Shown: positions 1-12,200 of the stretch, in pieces
Numbering within the stretch: position 1 is the first letter of the stretch
Layout of the letters: every line of letters begins with the position of its first letter
Source of the DNA: Setoptus koraiensis
Taxonomy: Eukaryota > Animalia > Arthropoda
Assembly: GCA_048013815.1 (NCBI GenBank)
Contig: CM106586.1
Coordinates: 1,798,001 to 1,862,000 of the forward strand
Length of the DNA stretch: 64,000 nucleotides
Direction of reading: 5' to 3'
Notes under the pieces: generated by a model
What the model was told of the DNA's origin: nothing
The model's database searches: none
The model's input: the letters and a program-made list of their open reading frames with translations, nothing else
Position numbers and translations under genes: made by a program

Positions 1-1041
1 ACCGAGAGTATCATAATGGCCTGTAAGGCATACCGTGATTACGCCAGAAAAGTCAAACATATTAAGGGCAAACTTGAGATTATCGCACCGGTCACAGCAC
101 ATGCCGCTTTCGAGAAAGCAGCTAATTTCCTTGATTGTAAAATTAAACATATACCCGTCGATAGAGTCACCTACAAAGTCGACATGAAGTTGTTTAAACG
201 AGCTATCAGTCCTAAAACTATGATGCTTGTTGGCTCGGCACCACAGTTTCCGCATGGAATCGTTGACCCAATATCCGCCATTGGCAAGCTTGGCCTAGAG
301 AGGGATATACCTGTTCATGTTGATGCTTGCCTGGGTGGTTTCTTATTGCCATTCATGAAGGAGGCCGGTTTTCAGCTTGATGAATCATTTGATCTTACTG
401 TTCCTGGAGTTACTAGCATATCAGCCGACACGCACAAGTACGGATATACACCAAAAGGTACCTCTGTTATCCTCTATCGCCATGAAAAATATTTACATCA
501 ACAATATTCCATACAGACTGATTGGCCCGGTGGAATTTATGCCTCACCCACAATGCCAGGAAGTAGACCCGGAGCTCTCATTGCGACCACATGGGCCTCA
601 CTAATTTACCACGGCCAGACTGGATATGTGGATGCTACAAAGAAGATTCTTACCACAGCTAAGTTCATTCGGGATGAATTGAGCCAAGTTCGGGGAATCA
701 GGTTACTGGGCAATCCTTTAGTTAGTGTTGTTTCGTTTGCCTCTGATGATTTTGATATTTACGTTATGAATGACCAGCTCAAGCAACTTGGATGGAACTT
801 GAATGCATTACAATTTCCTAGCGCCTTTCATTTATGCGTCACTTTAATGCACACCTCAAACAATGTCGCGAAAACTTTCGTCAGAGATGTCACGAATATC
901 GCTCGAACTCTGATGAACGGTCCCAAAGAGAAACCTACTGGCTCGGCAGCTATTTATGGCATGTCGCAAACTATTCCTGATCGTTCATTGGTTGCTCAAA
1001 TCGCGAGAAAGTATCTTGACGCTTGTTACGCATTGGAATAA
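1..1041 (+). CDS. Sply: Sphingosine-1-phosphate lyase, C-terminal part (5' end outside window)
   Basis: Frame open from base 1 (TESIIMACKAYRD). PLP-enzyme motifs HVDACLGGF and SADTHKYG (PLP lysine), plus WPGGIYASPTMPGSRPG. No introns in this kilobase. Confidence 0.96.
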   Translation, partial: TESIIMACKAYRDYARKVKHIKGKLEIIAPVTAHAAFEKAANFLDCKIKHIPVDRVTYKVDMKLFKRAISPKTMMLVGSAPQFPHGIVDPISAIGKLGLERDIPVHVDACLGGFLLPFMKEAGFQLDESFDLTVPGVTSISADTHKYGYTPKGTSVILYRHEKYLHQQYSIQTDWPGGIYASPTMPGSRPGALIATTWASLIYHGQTGYVDATKKILTTAKFIRDELSQVRGIRLLGNPLVSVVSFASDDFDIYVMNDQLKQLGWNLNALQFPSAFHLCVTLMHTSNNVAKTFVRDVTNIARTLMNGPKEKPTGSAAIYGMSQTIPDRSLVAQIARKYLDACYALE

Positions 1042-1692
1042 CGCTCCTTTACGCCAACTATATTGCTCCAGCATGTTTTTTACTTATCTGTTCACTTAAA
1101 GAAAATAAATAGACCGAATTAACAGCAACTTTACCTTTTTAAGTTTGATTGTCAGTCCCAGTGAGATTTGAAGCCGAACAAAAGAAGAGCTTTTTGATTG
1201 TCCGATGGCGTTGAGAACGTCAGAAGAGAATGAGTCAGGCGGGACATTTATTGTAATATCTTTTTGAGATTCGCGCATCTCGCTATGGGCAGTTATTGCC
1301 GCTTCTGTCCTTGCACCCCATGAACACGTGGAGATTGTAACGTTATTTTGTTGCAAAACGTATTCTAACAAGCGTAATCTTTACTGATGTTAGAATTGCG
1401 AAAAATTATTTGTTAAAAATCAGAATATCAGCCTCATTTTCATGTTTTATTATACAGCACCGATAGCCTAGTAAAATTAGGGGGTAAAAAAAATTGTTGT
1501 CATTATTGCAAAAATTTCAAAAAACGTGGGCTTAAGAATAGCGTATTCTTTCAGCTCTCAATCTGGAACGTTCAGAAAAGCTATAGTTTGTTCCATTTGG
1601 GTGTCTCCGAATAAGAAGTTTACCTTGTAAGCAAGTTAACTATGGCTACTCGACTGACCGGACAGTAAATCTCAAGCAGGACGTCGAATCCG

Positions 1693-2862
1693 ATGTATCA
1701 GATGCTCAACATATTATCAAGATCAACTTTAGGATTGGTAACAGGGCCATGGAGAGCACAGCAAGTGAGAACTACGATAAACATATCATCTTTATTTGCG
1801 GGGTCAAACGACCATAAATATATAGCCACACACGATGGTATGTTTCACTGTGATGAAGTTGCGGCGTGTTTCATGCTGAAACAATTGGACACCTTCCGAG
1901 ATCATGATTTAGTAAGAACAAGGGATCAAAGAATATTGGATTCCGCTGACATAGTTGTAGATGTCGGTGGAATATTTAATGGCCATAGCAGAAGATTTGA
2001 TCATCATCAGCGCAGTTTTCAATTGACGATCAGAGACTTTCATCCTGACATTAAGTCTACAAATCCCAACAAACCCATCCGGCTAAGTTCAGCCGGCCTC
2101 ATATATGCACATTATGGCAAAGACTTCATTGAACAAGTGCTCCATATGACAACAAATGATCTTGCTGATGAGGATAGTGGCAGCAATGGAAACAAGAGCA
2201 TTGATAAAAATATGTTGGACGCCATATTTATGCAATATTATAACACGTTCATGGAGGAAATAGATGCCATTGACAATGGAGTTGAGATGGTCGAAGGTGA
2301 AGACATTGTTTACAATTATAATATCTCCACTCATTTGGCAGCCAGAGTTCGCCGATTAAATAACCAGGAAGGATCAGCTGATGATCGACTCAAGCAATTT
2401 CATGTGGCCATGTCCATGGTGGGCTCGGAGATGATTGAATGCCTGAAACAGCTTGCCACATCATGGTGGCCCTCCTTGGATAGCATGAAAAGAAGTGTTT
2501 TGAATCGATTCAACGTGCATGAATCGGGAGCCATTGTGCGAATTTCGTCTGATACTGCTTGGAGAACTACAATATTTCAGGCGGAGGAACAGCTCTCGAT
2601 AGTGGGTCAAATCAAATATGTGATACTCAATAATCCTAACGATAGACCAAGGTGGCGAATAATTGCTGTGCCGGTCTCACCCAAGTCTATCACAAGTAGA
2701 TTACCATTGAAAGAGCTTTGGAGAGGACTGCATGGCGACGAGTTACGTGAAAAGTCTGGCATCTCAGACGCAGTCTTTGTGCACGCTTCGGGCTTCATCG
2801 GTGGCGCAACAAGCAAAGAGGGCTGTATCCAACTGGCTAGAAAAACCATCGACTCCGAGTGA
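1693..2862 (+). CDS. MYG1: MYG1 (UPF0160) exonuclease, intronless, with probable mitochondrial presequence
   Basis: IATHDGMFHCDEV, VRTRD, VVDVGGIF, FDHHQ, LSSAGLIYAHYG and FVHASGFIGG motifs. Arg/Ser/Thr-rich N-terminus. Confidence 0.95.
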   Translation: MYQMLNILSRSTLGLVTGPWRAQQVRTTINISSLFAGSNDHKYIATHDGMFHCDEVAACFMLKQLDTFRDHDLVRTRDQRILDSADIVVDVGGIFNGHSRRFDHHQRSFQLTIRDFHPDIKSTNPNKPIRLSSAGLIYAHYGKDFIEQVLHMTTNDLADEDSGSNGNKSIDKNMLDAIFMQYYNTFMEEIDAIDNGVEMVEGEDIVYNYNISTHLAARVRRLNNQEGSADDRLKQFHVAMSMVGSEMIECLKQLATSWWPSLDSMKRSVLNRFNVHESGAIVRISSDTAWRTTIFQAEEQLSIVGQIKYVILNNPNDRPRWRIIAVPVSPKSITSRLPLKELWRGLHGDELREKSGISDAVFVHASGFIGGATSKEGCIQLARKTIDSE

Positions 2863-5772
2863 CGAAGTAAACTCACGGGAGTGTTATTTCATACGCTTCT
2901 TATGTGGGCATGGTGTCACTAAATCGACATTGTTTGGCAGCAAATTAAAACTAAGCTCCCCTGTCTGAACTCTGTCGATTCAACAATTATTAAATAATCG
3001 ATCAATACATTTTTTATTAGGTATATTATGTATATTTACTGTCATAAAATAATCATTTTACACTTGTTACGATTTGTTTCAAGTACAACGGATGTTGTAA
3101 GGGTTTCAAGCGAATTAATCAACCGCAGGAAAATGCCATTTCCTTTGAGCCATTTGATCCTGATATCGGCTAAGATTCAATAGCCGCCCGTCCAGCTACT
3201 AGAATATTTGGAAATTCCTTTTCAACTCATGTTCTTGACTTATCCATTCTAGATTCAAATCGGAACTCTTTGAGGCTCAATGAGGCTAAAGCGGTTGTAT
3301 ATATAGCATTAAGGATTAGTTCGTCCACGTCTTTTATTTTAGGTTGATTCACATGTGTGAGAACATCTCTTTCATGTTCACCGCGATGTTCATCATTAAT
3401 GTGCCATTTCAAGGTATATCTGGCATGTTTTCGATTTGATCTCTTTTAACTCTACATATCTATATCTATTCTGGATCAATCTAATAAGTTCATCGTCATG
3501 ATTGCCGATGCAGAAGCAGCAACGGCAAAGAAGTAGAAGCCTTAGAATGGTCAAACATTGGCTGTGGCGCTGCCGGTGGCGCTAGTAATGGTCGCAAACA
3601 TGACCTCGATCACCTATAATTAAGCGGCAATGATGATCTGATTCGGAATTCCATTAAAAAATAAATATACACGCCAAATGACCAAATGTGTGTATGTGTG
3701 TTAAGAGAGAATTTCTAATTTGTTTTTTGATTGAAGCTATGATAATTATCGGTCAGCGGCGTCAGTAGCAACCGCTTTTGGCGCTACTAAATCACGACCT
3801 GAATTTGCGACTTTTTTGCAGTCACTTTTTTTTCACCGCTACTCCACAAGTGTCGAATTTCGCACAATTATTGGTATTAGTAGTAATTAGGTTCGGGTTC
3901 ACTTTGCTATCATGCCAGTAACTTGTTGGAGTTGTTTTGTCGCTGTTCTGTAGTTGTTTTGTGCGCCGCACGAAAACGGAAGTCGAAAATATAGATATGA
4001 GGCGGTCAGTTGGTGTGTCAGCCTGTGTGGCAGTTCCATTGTAATGAGGCTCTAGTTGGAAGGTGTTAATTAAGGCTTGCATCGAGGGTTCGAAGGTGGC
4101 CACACAAACAGAGTTCGTTTTTTTCTCTCTCTCTCTCTCTCTGTGCTAGTAATTCTGAGAAAAAAAGAAAGTGAGAGAGTATCAATCATTTGTGTGGACT
4201 AATCAATTTTGTTCTCTATCACTGTCGAACAGGCCCAGTTGTTTTCTTTTATTCTACTAAGTTTCAGTAAGTGTGTGTGTCGTTATTGAATGAATTTATG
4301 AGAGTGAGAGTGGCAATTTGAGTGAGCAGTGGACACGTTAGCGGACGTATCTGTAGTGTATATCTGAGCATGTCAGTGGATATGTCAGTTGATATGAATC
4401 ATCATTAGTCGTGCGAGCGAGAGAGTACGTGCAAAAAGACGAGCAAATCTATTTTTTGTTTCTCGGCATGGCCTGTTGCTCGTGTTGGTACGTGCAACGC
4501 AAATTATCATGGGCATTGTTTATCAGGGTGTGTGGTCACATCACATTTTTCAGTTTTTGCTGGTGCTAGAACACGAGTAACACGAGTGTAACAGCCCAAG
4601 TACCTGAGCTACTTCGGCTGTAAGAAAAGAAGAAGGTGAGAAGAGAAGAAAAGAAGCGGAGCCTCTTTCTCTGGCCACTGTCATAGTGCCACCACTACTA
4701 TGGTCAGCCGAGAGAGAGAGCGAGTTTTACCTGAGAGTGTGCAGTGATTAATAAAGATGTAGTCAATTGCAAAGTAGGCAGTTTGGCGCTCACATTTGTA
4801 TGCACTTGTGTACAGTACGAGGTGCCCTCAAGTTGATCATTTTGGTCAGTATTATAATAATTGAAGCTGAATTCTTCTTGTCTTCTCTATCTGATTATTG
4901 AATTGTTGCCTGCTCTTGGTACTTGCACGAGCTTCGGTGCCCCATCTATTAGGCTCATCACAATCATAATAATGAGCATCATTATTATAATGCTGATAGT
5001 CGCGCCGGTGGCCATATTTACCATTATTGGTCATTACCAGCTAACAAAAACAACAATAAGAGAACTCGCGAAAATCGATTATCGTTTGAGTAGTAGCAGT
5101 GGTAGTACATGTGTAACTGTCACTTTTTGTGTTGTCTGTTGCTTGTTTAAGTTGTTGGGCCGACTTGGGGAACGTGTCGAACACACACACACACCAAAGA
5201 ATAGAAGATAAAAAATAAAAAAGCGATACTTATAGAATATTTGTAAGTAACAACAATAGAGCAAGTTGTGTGCCATTGTGTTTGCGCGTGTTTGTAGTGG
5301 CGCTTGTGGTGGCTTCATTGGTGGCAACTGGACTATCACTTTATATAGAGACATATCAGCGACAACAATGGCATTCTCTGTCACTTCTGTTCGGCTGCTG
5401 ATCCTTATACTCGCACTGACACACCGAACCCTGCAAGTTCGAGCATTCGAACTTGGAAAGCAAGTGACACTAGTGGTACAAGTAGTGATCACTCACCAAC
5501 ATTATACTCCAACGCGTGTGTGTGTGTGTGTGTGCAAACAATGGGCTAATTTACCTGGCCGAGATTGACCAAACATCTCTGTTGTCGCTGCACACCCACA
5601 AACAACAACAGTGACAACAGTGCCAGCAGAGCATTAACAAAGTGTTTTACATGTCGACGTGCCCAAAGTGAATATCGCCATCGTCGGCTTGCATCGGTGT
5701 CCAGATAAAAAGTGTCGGGTCTGGGTCGTTTCACCGACGTACACTCCACTTTATGTGATCTTATACTATAAA

Positions 5773-6290
5773 AGCAGTGTTTATCAGCGATGTTGCCTCG
5801 CTCAAGCCGTTCGAATGACAGTTGCTACATAGTTGAAGCAGACTGCATCATATCTTCACCATTCATTCTAGCATTCAATAATAGATCTTCGGTAACTCGA
5901 AAAATCGAGTCGCACCTTCTCCAATGTGGCTACATCGACAAAACTAGCGTGGTCAACGTTGCCTCAGTTTCTACCAGTGCAACGATATTTTTTCCAAAGC
6001 CAGCCTCGAATTGCTCAAAACTTGTGAATTGCGACGCTTCTTGTCGCTATTGTTTCAATGCATCTTTCATGATATGATTATTGGCGACACTATGAGAGAA
6101 TGCCTAGAAATTAACATCTTCTCTCATAGTGATGAATGGAGGTATCTGTAACATTGCATTGTGCACGTATGAAATGTACGACCATGAAATAGTCGCTCTA
6201 CGGAACGTCCGTTCATCTGACTGTGCGCAGAGGAAGTTTACGAAAATGAAACTGAATGATACTCCGATGGAACGAGCGTGTCCAGAAAAG
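5773..6290 (+). repeat. Dispersed degenerate repeat, copy 1 (unclassified; homologous to 16541-17050 and partly to 10566-10716)
   Basis: Alignable by eye to 16541-17050 over ~500 bp (e.g. agcagtgtttatca, tcaagccgttc-aatgacagttgctacat, tcaaaacttgtgaa-tgcgacgct, tgaaatgtacgaccatg). Confidence 0.85.
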
Positions 6291-9042
6291 TGTCGACAGG
6301 TAAGGCACACACACACTGTCGCTGGCTACCAGTGTGCTCATCGGATCATCTGATTAGGATGTGGCCAATAGGTTGGGCCAGCGATTGCAATTGAGCTGTC
6401 AACAAGATAATGGTGACCATCATCATTAATGATTATCACAGTGGTGACACACAACAACGACAGCCACACAAAACGACACCCGATGTGCGATGTGCGATGC
6501 GCGATTTGCGACAAGAATAAATTGGTGTATGACAAAAACAAGAATGCTCACTAGTTGTACGAAGGTGCAGAGTCAACAAGGCGATAATTCTTTCTCTCGA
6601 ATGTGCTTGTTCGGTCGTTTCTCTCCATGGTGAGCAGCACTTTTTGTGGGCATCACAGCACACCAAACTGCTGCCACAGATACGCCAAAAGAGAGCATCT
6701 TTTGCCGGACTTTGCCGCTTCATGCTGACTGTGTGGCCCACAAAATAGGGCACCAGCACCAGGGGCGACCAATCATCGTCAAACGCCCCTGAACGAATCA
6801 CGAGCTGAATGAATGTTTCCCGAAACAGAACAGCAGACAGGAATTGGTTGCTTTTTCTTCTTTTCTTTTCTGCCCTCTGCTCTGTGTATTAGGCTCTGTG
6901 TATCTGTATTAGGCTGTTGTTGCAGCTAATGTGCTGCCGGCGACGCCGGTATGTAAATCGCCAGAACGGGGCCTACTTTCACGCTACGCTATTTTCTCGC
7001 GCCAATTGCACGCTGCTGCCAACGGACGGGCCAGCCAAGCAAAAAGCTGCTAATATTACAAAGATTCACAAAGATTCAATTTGGGTTCAAGTTGGAATTG
7101 AGCCATTGGAATATTGTCATCCGATTCGAATTGCCATTCGAATGCAACCAATGTTGCAGCCAATCGTTAGCGATTGTTACAATGGTGTGCCCATACACGG
7201 GACCATTTGTTTGTATTACTTCTGCTTCGATAGGCACGTACACGCGGTTGTTGCTGTGGCTGGCGGACGGTTTTTCAATGACATTCGCACACAGACAAAC
7301 AAACTGTGCAACAAGTTTGTATCAGGTTTTGGCCCCCGTCATGTTAGAAATTAGTTGTTTGTGGTTGTGTTCAGTGGGCCGATTGGGCCAAGTTGGGTGG
7401 CCGGCGAGCAAGGTGAGCAAGTCGTAAGACGCATATATAAACGGCTAATTTCTAACGCCACTCCGAGAAGCAATCCGAAAAATCTCACTGCGACACAAAC
7501 TTGGCCGAACAATGGAATACTCATAATGCGCATATTTTGCAACTATTTATAAATAAAACATTAAAATATGGTCTATATTATATGGAGCATCAATGTCATT
7601 GTTATTAGCGGCATTATTATTGCTATTATTATTATTATTATTATTATTACTATTATTGGCAGCATTATGGTTGTTATCGAAATGATAATGGCAAATAATA
7701 ATCATCGACGAATCTGCATTTGAAACAGGCCGGCGCTGTTCGCACCGTTAGAGATTCAATAATTTCGCCCAAATACACATGATTTGCACCACGATAATGA
7801 TAATGATGATGCGACTGAATGAACCATTAACAAACTCAAAAGCCGACTCAATGGCACCAGTCGAGATTAGCGGCAGCTACTCTAAAGGATTCTCTCTCAC
7901 TCCTCATACTTACACTGTATGATTAGTGTTTGTCCGTGTGTTAGCATATTTATACATTTCGGCCTGTATTTCATCAGCGTACACTTCACTTTATATGGCA
8001 CTTTATACCATGATACAAGTATATTTCATCGACACTATATTTCATTTAAAGTATTCATGATCAAAGCGTACATTTCATCGAACATTTCCAGATGAGCCAC
8101 TCGTAGCAGACAAAGAACAAAGCTTCCGTCATTTTTGAAAATATCTTTGATCTCGTTCCATTTGGTTTATCTCAGCGGCATGGTGTGTTGGAACTTGCAA
8201 GCTTCACCTGTGCTCTCGGCGCTAGTTACAATAACCTTTCTCTGTGAGTCCCATCAATGGACTGTCACCCGAGCTTTAGATCCAAAGATCAGCGAGTCAC
8301 TGTATATTATTTGTATGATTAGCACGTGTATGATTTAAGAGAGTTCACAGAGATGAATGTTGCAAATCGTTCAATCGAAATCGCATGTGAACTCCATCAC
8401 GTCAGCGAGCCGCTACAATCGGTCATTCATTCAGTCATCTCTTATAGGTGCCATGATAAATTCAATTTCAAGCACGAGCCAAGTCACTCTGTTGGTATTG
8501 TGGGCTTTGCGCGGCTTTCAGTTGTCATTATTTAGATCTGACCCATGTAAGAGACTCACCGGCATCATTGATCAATGCCAATAGTTCGTTTATAAATTAA
8601 TCGAATGCATCCTGGTGGGACAGCCATTGCGGCCACTGGACATGACATATCTGGATCGGCCCCAACCGCATATGAGACTGCCAACAATTTCCAATTGCGG
8701 GCCCCGAGTCACCCAATTCGACGAATGAAATGTTTTGGTCGTTGCTACTGCTACTGCTGCCAGAGCTCCCACAAGCTTGGGCCAAAAAAGAAAGTGCATC
8801 TATGCATGACAATCGATCGCGAGCCATCATGGTCTCAGAGAAACTGTTGGAAATGGCGCAATTAGTCAACACAGTGATAAATGTTATCTGCCTCAGATGC
8901 CAAGTCAACAGCGCGTCGACAGTGCCTTTGATACAGGTCATGGTCATCGAACGCTTCTTTGGGCTTCTTCGGGCTTCTTTTGGCGACGCATGCGCGTCAG
9001 GCTTCCTTCGCAAGTGTCAGCAAGAACATGCGCAAACATGCC

Positions 9043-9266
9043 GTGAGTGTGTGTGTGTCGGCTTCTTTTTCTCTTTCCTCTCGTTGCAGCTATTTAGTAG
9101 TATAGTCAATGTATAGACGAGCTACGTTCCAACTTGCGACTTGCAACTTCCAAGTTCGAAGCGGCGCACAAAAGAACGGCGAGCGAAGCAGCGACATCAC
9201 ATATAAGAACAACTAATCATCATATTCATGTCTCGGTGTATCTATGGGGTGATTTATTTATTTCAG
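9043..9266 (+). other. Probable 5' intron of the Wnt1 gene
   Basis: Consensus donor cc|GTGAGT at 9043. Acceptor atttatttatttCAG ending at 9266, 8 nt before the Wnt ATG at 9275. Confidence 0.55.
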
Positions 9267-9274
9267 GCATCATA

Positions 9275-12200
9275 ATGAAGATCTCACTTAGATTGTTTTT
9301 TGTTTTAGTGTTTGCGGCAACGAGCCTCTTTTTTGCAAATATAACACCGTCGCAGCAGCAACCACAGCAACCGCAACAACAAGCGTATCAAATGCATCAA
9401 ATGCAACCACAACAACAACAACTACAACAACTACACCAACAACAACCACATCAACAACACCAACAGCAACATCAACAACACCAACCACAACATCAACAAC
9501 CACAACAGCAACAGGTATCATTCACAAATCATCGACTGGACGAGTGGCGATTATTGGACAATGTGGCACGTGATTTGCACGATCTGACGGACAAACAGCG
9601 CCGCTTAATCAAGGAAAACCCCGGCAGTCAGATGGCCATTGTGCGCGCCATTAAGATGACCATCAACGAGTGCCAGTACCAGTTCAAGGACGACAAATGG
9701 AATTGTCCCATTTTCAATTACACAACTCGCACTCGTGATATATTTGGCAAGATTGTGCAACGGGGTTGTAGAGAGACGGGCTTCATTTATTCGCTGTTCA
9801 GCTCGGCCATAGCGCATTCGGTGGCAAAAGGTTGCACTGAGTCTATGATAACAAGTTGTGTTTGTGTCAACGACGATTCTTACTCCAATCACCACAATCA
9901 TCATCAGCATCACCAACGGCAGCAACAACAACAGCATTGCGGCGACAATATTGAGTTTGGCATTGAGTTTGCACGAGCTTTTTTGGCAAACGATGTTAGC
10001 AAATTCACCTCGCCGGCCACATCGCGCAACGACCTGATGCGCAAGAAGCCCACACAAAAACACCAAAAACGACAAAAACGACAAAAGCAACAACAGCAAC
10101 AACCCATTGAGCTGGAATTGATGACCAAAAAGGATCGAGAATTGCTCGCCATTATGAATGCCCACAATAGCGAACTCGGCCGCTCGGTAAGTCAATTATA
10201 TAATTAGTCGCTTTCGCTCTTTCTCTGTGTCTTTTCGTCCGCATCTACGAACACTTCACTTAATGTGATACTTTGAAGAAAGCTTTTTGTTATGTTCTCT
10301 TGACATGAAGAAACTCCAAATTATGGCTGGTGCCAAAAAACGGAACTAATTCAATTATCGTGAATGTTGTCGCATGCAACAATAGTCACCAACTACAGCC
10401 TAAGCTTACAGTGATCAGTTGTAATCAATCTTGCTAAAAACGTTTAACAGTCTATAAATGAAGGATCTTGATCCAAAATGGAAACTTCATGAAAACTTTA
10501 GAGTTGCCCTGTAAACATCGATGAGCATTGAATTTCTGCATTCGCGTAAATCGCTCGACATGCGGATTGCGACGCTTTGTGTTGCCCTATATTTCAATAC
10601 ATCTCTCATGATTATTGGCGACACTAAAGAGACGGCCCAGAAATCAACATTTTCTGCTCGTAGTATTTCTAACATTACATCATGCATTTATGAAATGTAC
10701 GCTGATGAAACGACCGATTCTTTTGCGTCCACGCTCGGCCACCTGTCGGCCTGTATAGCGAAAAAGAGAAGATTTCATTCATCTTTTGCACGTTCCATTG
10801 ATGTTTTTCGGCGATACAAAACAACGAACGCAATGAAATCTCAACTGACCGTTGCCATCTAAACTCGCCAGTGAGAACGGATGTCGTTGGCCCCTCGTCG
10901 TCGTTTTCAATGACTTTTGACGGCTGCTTTCGCTCAGAGAAATCACAGCCAGAAAAACGAAATGAAATGATTGGCTCAAAATGATTTTGCCTTCTACAGA
11001 GCAAGCACACACATTTCGAGTTGACGTGGCACGTAACGACTTGCGGATCTACGCCACTTGCAACTATTGTTGCTGTTGTTGTTATATAATAAGCGGTTGC
11101 ATAACAACACACTGTCGAGCACGATGGCCCATTATAGGTAGTTGTGCTGGCGATGCTGCCAATTTTACACGTAAGCGCAACATTTATGAGCGAGTTAAGC
11201 GACTAATTTGTTGGCTGTAATTGGAACAGTGGAAAATTGAGAAATATCGGCACGCCACTTACGGCCACAATGTCAAACGGTGTGTGTCGACGTAACTTGT
11301 TGGCTTTGCCCGTTGAATTATTTGTTCATGTCCAATTTCGTTGTTGCTGCTGTTGTGGTTGTTGTTGTCGTCGTTGCTGTTGTTGTTGTTGCCATGGAAA
11401 CAACATCCAAATAGTGTTTTCGGGCGCAAACATTCTTAAACACTCACAAACACGAACCAGCCAGCAACGTAAATAAATATAAACGACGCGAATTGCGACT
11501 TTTCACTTGCAAATGACTGCAAGGAGAATATTTTCAGCCACCAACAACAATTACAGATTGCGTGTTGATTTTATCGGCGACGACTTTCGATTTGTGCAAC
11601 CATCAACGTGAGACGCATAGAAACGCATCAGAAATGCTACTCAACCGAGATTGTGCCGGAGTTTTGTTGGCCGTGCGTTGGCATACGGCACACAAAGCGA
11701 GCCAAGACGCATTTGCATCCTATTGGCAAAATGAAAAGATGAAACGAGATTGTTATCAATTGAGAGAAGCGCTTATTTAGCGTTTTGTTGAACTGTTATT
11801 CAAACACATGGCTGCTCAAATGGCCAGTAGATACAATCATCATATTTATACATATATATATTTGCATTGCTCACACAGCAACCGATACTGGGCCGACGAA
11901 TGGCCCCAATGTGGTTGCGTGCCCAGTCGGCTCGTTCGAGTTACTGTTCGAGTGACGTTATCAGCGCAAATCATCTCTCATTGGCGAGCGGATTAGCTCA
12001 GCGGTGGCACCAATGACAGCAACCAGTGCACTATGATTGAGAGGCCAGCATGAGAGATGCATATTGAATTGATGGCCGACACAACTGTCAGAAGTGGCAA
12101 AATTGCCAATTTCCACGAGAAGAATCTGCGTTTGCGCTGTTGTTGCGGTTGACGTTGTTTATTTGTTTGTTTGTTTGTTTGTTTGTTTGCTTGTTTGTTT

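Noticed and set aside
1096-1371. 91-codon minus-strand ORF between SPL and MYG1
   Set aside because: Starts at TTG right after a stop, has no recognisable motif, and no convincing upstream exon was found.
3130-3480. Protein-like minus-strand frame (KWHINDEHRGEHERDVL...) with stops
   Set aside because: Could be a decayed gene fragment, but it is short, unidentifiable and has no second copy to support it.
5810-5935. Minus-frame reading of repeat copy 1 resembling an integrase HHCC zinc finger if TGA were Trp
   Set aside because: Spacing does not fit the motif, and copy 2 has TAA at two of the equivalent positions.
7394-7402. TGGGTGGCC, a one-mismatch Gli/Ci site upstream of wingless
   Set aside because: A single 9-mer with a mismatch is expected by chance; no cluster was seen.
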